Assembly (NCBI RefSeq): GCF_009914755.1
Contig: NC_060943.1
Origin: the human T2T-CHM13v2.0 reference genome, Homo sapiens
DNA: 64,000 nt
Strand: one strand, 5' to 3'
The notes beneath the pieces were generated by a model that worked only from the letters and a program-made list of their open reading frames with translations, ran no database searches and was not told the DNA's origin. Below are positions 54,018 to 64,000 of this stretch, piece by piece (positions within the stretch are counted from its first letter, which is position 1; each line of letters begins with the position of its first letter). The position numbers were made by a program, and so were the translations under genes.

Positions 54018-56370
54018 CTAAAAAAAAAAAAAAAGCCAAGCCTGGGAGGCTGGAAGGGCAGCAGGTTTCCTGCCCAGCTTTGGGGCCATGGACTCACACC
54101 TTGAGAAAACCAAGAGAGGCCTAACAACCTGTACCCATCCCCTCTCCCACTCCTGGCTGCAGCCACTCCTTACCTGTGGACCCCTGCCCAGCTGTGACCC
54201 AGCAGAGAGGTGCCACAAACCTGGGCACACTGAGCCCTCCCCATGCCGCCCAGCCAAGTTTTGAGTGGATGATGTTTCCAGTCTTACTCAAGAATTCAGA
54301 TGTCAGCCCAGCCCCATCCCAAGAGGCTCAGCCTCCTGCTGTGGGATCTGTATCCGGCTCAAGCCCTCCCTGCTGGAAGAGCTGCTTGGGCCCAGGGCTC
54401 TCCTGAGCCACCCACACTGGGGACTGTGCCTTTCATTCCCGCCAACGATACAGGTAGGGGAGGGGGTGAGGAGCCAGTGACAGCTGCGCTCGAGGCTAAA
54501 TGCTAGGCCACCCTTGGCCTTAAATCTCTGTCCTCTCAACACAGTTATTGACAACACCACCAAGCATTGATGAGGATGCGGAGCAACCGGAACTTGCGCG
54601 GAGGTTGGTGGTGGGAAAGTAAAATGACACAAACACTCAGGAAGCAGGCCTGGGTGTTATTTCTTTTTTAATTGTCTATATAACAAAATCCACTGTTGTC
54701 ACTGTTTTCCAGCATACAGTTCAGTGGCGTTAAGGGCATTCAGGACAGCTCTCATGACAGACTCACACCCACATGCACACCTGGTGCCCCAGCCTGCTTT
54801 GTCCACTGTCTCCATTTCCCCAGGGCTGCTTTTACTTTTTATTGTATTATTTTTGAGGCAGGGTCTCACCTGGTTGCCCAGGCTGGAGTGCAGTGGCATG
54901 ATCATAGCTCACTGCAGCCTCAACCTCCCAGGCTCAAGTGATCCTCCCACCTCAGCCTCCTGAGTAGCTGAAACCATAGGCGCCATCACCATGCCCAGGG
55001 CTGCTTTTAAATAATGGCAAAGCCAGCAAGGCTCACTCGCGTGCCTGGGTCATGTTCTACAGCTGCTTGACCAGGAATCTTCCAATGCCGTATGAAACCT
55101 CACCAGGACCAAGAAAGAGAAGGGTTCCCTGCTCAGACCAGACACTTGCAGCATGGGGAAGGAGGAGCCCCTCCCAGCAGACCCAGTTCTCCTCTGTGCA
55201 GTCCGGCCTCATTTCCCACCCAAGCTCTGACCAAACCCCCTCCTGCTGCTCTGAGTGCCTGCTGTGCTCCTGGGGGCCCTCTCCACCCTTCTGTAGCTCC
55301 TGAAACCTTGTCCACTCTGCAAGGGCCGGGGCGTGCCAGTTCCTCCCAGAAGCACCCCAATGTTTCTGTCCTTTCCTGGAATCTCACAAGCACCCAGGTG
55401 CCTCTCTGCCTTGCCTGCCCCGCCCTCCTTGGCATCCTGGACTCGTGGCTTCTCTGCCCATTTCCTATGGCACCCAGCAGGAGGCTGGGCAGAAGATAGT
55501 GTCTGTGGGACACCTGCCCTTGCCCTGGTCACAGTGCCATCCAGGAGTCCCCATACTTGCAAAGTATGTTTGCACTGTGTGAAAAACTTAAAGCAGAAAC
55601 ATAAGAACAAAAGTGGACACTTCTCAAAAGAATAAAATGTTTGCATAAAAGGCAGAAAGACAGGGATGTCAACAGTGGTTCTCTAGGTCACGATGGCGGG
55701 AGCAGCATTCCTGCTGACAAGCACTCCTGCCCCGCGCAGCCACGCTGGGCTGCCGCCGCCTGTCAGCCTGTCTACAGGAGGCTGCAGAGCGGCCGTAAAT
55801 GCCTTTGAAATAGCATCACAGTTATTTGTTAGGTCATCTCCTAGGGAGATGATACACAGTTTTCAATCCCAGTGAGTCTTTCTACTGCTTGTAAAATAAA
55901 ATTAAATTACAATGATTCAACTGTTGAACAAGCTTATAGAGTCATAAAAGAACTATGATTTTCTATCTCACCCTTCCGTCTGGCAATCAAAGATCACACG
56001 TAGAACTTCTACACATGACCAAGGACCAGTACTGGGGCCTCCTTCCCACCTGAAACAAGGCAGGACTTCACTGCGAGGGGCTCTGAAAAGGAGATGCTGC
56101 AGGGTGCCACCCCTGAGTCCCACAGTTAGGGTCCTTTGTAGCCCAATGTCCCCAAGTCCCTCCAGCATGCCTGGGACTGAATGGTCCTGAGCGGCTGGGG
56201 TAATTTTCCTGAGGAGGTGGCACGTCATCTAACACACATGGGACAGAACCATGGCCCCCTGGTATGCTTCTTGGTGGTGGCAGTGGGGCAGGGACTCTAT
56301 CTTAGCTCAAAGCCAGGGCTCTCATTACATGGGTGGGGAGCTGTGTGGCTCCAGAATCAATTACCTTCCC

Positions 56371-57715
<1,345 letters not shown>

Positions 57716-57751
57716 AGCAAAATGTTATCAATGGATTAAACTATGAGACCA

Positions 57752-57757
57752 TTTATT
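57752..57757 (-). terminator. CEP89: CEP89 proximal polyadenylation signal AATAAA
   Basis: tttatt on +, ~130 nt after the stop. Confidence 0.7.
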
Positions 57758-57888
57758 TCTTCCCTGCCCTGCAGCGTTCAGTGGGCTTACGCACCTCCGG
57801 CTGCCACCATGGGCTGCCCTGCAGGGAAGGCCTGTGTGAGGCAGACCTTTCAGGCCAGAGGAGGCTACACCACGGGCTCCCGCAGATT

Positions 57889-58197
<309 letters not shown>

Positions 58198-58244
58198 CTA
58201 TCAGCAGGGAACAGAGCCCTCGGTGCCTGGGTTCTGAAGCAAGC

Positions 58245-58370
58245 GCTCAGTGTGGAATGAAGCAGCTGGTGCCCTGGGAATGGGGAGCAGCAGGACAGCC
58301 CAGGCTGGGGCTCAGTGTGGAATGAAGCGGCCAGTGCCCTGGGAATGGGGAGCAGCAGGACGGCACAGGC
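58245..58370. repeat. Two-copy ~65-bp tandem duplication
   Basis: gctcagtgtggaatgaagc...gggaatggggagcagcaggac at 58245 and 58310. Confidence 0.9.
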
Positions 58371-59164
58371 ATTTCTCTTCCCTCTATGTTCTGCCCTTGA
58401 CTTTGGCGCCAGTGCAATCCCTGTTTTCTCTCAAGAATGAACTTGGGCGTGTCGAATAAGGAACTGCAGGAACTGCAGGGCTGGCCTTGGCCAGCCAGAC
58501 GCTCTAGCACGATGGCCTGGCCACAGGCACCCACACAGCCCCTCCTGTGTCCCGTCTGCTTGTCCACTGTGACCTGGCCAGCACTCAGTGACCTTCCACA
58601 GGTCTTCCGCTCCATACAGCCCAGAGCTAAGAGCGAGTCAGGGGGTGAGGTGGGGGACCTGAGGAGATAAGACTCATTGCCAAGATGGAGAAGATTGGCC
58701 TGGCCCATGTGCCGGGATGGGGAGGCCCTGAGGGGCCGAGGCATGTGAGGTTGGAAAGAGCCACAGGGCAGCGTTTCCAGAACCAGGATGCAGTGCCCTG
58801 TGGTGTGCTGGGGAGACAGGACAGATGAAGGTGGCCACATCCTCACAGGGCCACAGTCCACTGGGAATAGACCAGGACACGAGCCACACCTCACAAGGTG
58901 CTTAGCCCCATCGGGGAGCATGGCCAGGCTGGAGAGGCCAGCTCCTTCCCGGACACTGCCAGATGGTTCTGGAAAATGTTGGAAACTGGATTTGCAGGTG
59001 GACTTCGCACCACGGTTTAAAGAGCAGGACACTGAAGTTCAGGGAGGCCAGTGATGTGCCCACTTGGCCAGAGTCACTTTTCTTGTGAACGTTCCTTCCT
59101 TCCAAGGCCCCTGATGCCCACTGTGTGGTAAGAACAACTTAATTAAACTATGTCTAAAAAAGCC

Positions 59165-63586
<4,422 letters not shown>

Positions 63587-64000
63587 CTCTAATTCCACTA
63601 TTTAGGAATAAAGCTCGATTCTTGTAGTTGGCTTTATTCTTACGCCTTTATATTACATGTTCTTAGTCCCCTGTTTTTAGATCGTATCCATTGGTTCCCT
63701 AACAAAAGTAACAATACATTAGCTCATGACAACGTTTTCTTCACTTTTCCCCTCCTTCTGTTCACCTGCTTAAGTATGCTTAAGCTCGTACCACTTGGTT
63801 TTTCAGCTTTAATGATATCCCTTGACTCTTATTACCTACAAAGAAATCAGCAAGTGCAATCTACTTTCTACCTTCCTTCCCCCTTTGCCCATCAGTTTCC
63901 TTGGTTGTATTATTACTACATTGTCAGAAAACATTTACATACAATTCTATCAGCCTTATTCCCGCTCTAAGTCTTATTTTACAGTTAAATATATTCTTCG

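Noticed and set aside
58247-59032. 261-aa ORF (-) in the CEP89 last intron
   Set aside because: GC-rich, non-ATG start, ends in a tandem duplication, no recognisable domain or gene signals.

Overview
Human (primate) genomic DNA matching the TDRD12-SLC7A9-CEP89 locus (19q13.11 from recalled gene order). On the + strand are the last five coding exons of TDRD12 (p23/CS-like C-terminus, stop at 5996, AATAAA at 8283). On the - strand is the complete SLC7A9 gene (b0,+AT, cystinuria type B): 12 coding exons total 1464 nt = 487 aa + stop, all with GT-AG junctions, plus a probable non-coding exon 1 with HNF1/DR1 motifs. Also on the - strand are the last two coding exons of CEP89. The window is very Alu-rich and holds a full-length inactivated L1PA4-like element in SLC7A9 intron 9, a 3'-truncated 7SK pseudogene joined to an Alu right arm, several LTRs and DNA-transposon relics. 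Most notable: (1) a 194-bp near-perfect copy of the exon-12 3' end and donor in intron 11, an NAHR substrate lying next to an AT-rich inverted repeat; (2) a non-repetitive 1.3-kb decayed gene-like ORF antisense in a TDRD12 intron; (3) an L1 antisense promoter pointing at SLC7A9 exon 10; (4) signs of Alu-Alu gene conversion. No wholly new biological system can be established from sequence alone. Repeat family names and most repeat boundaries are by eye and approximate.
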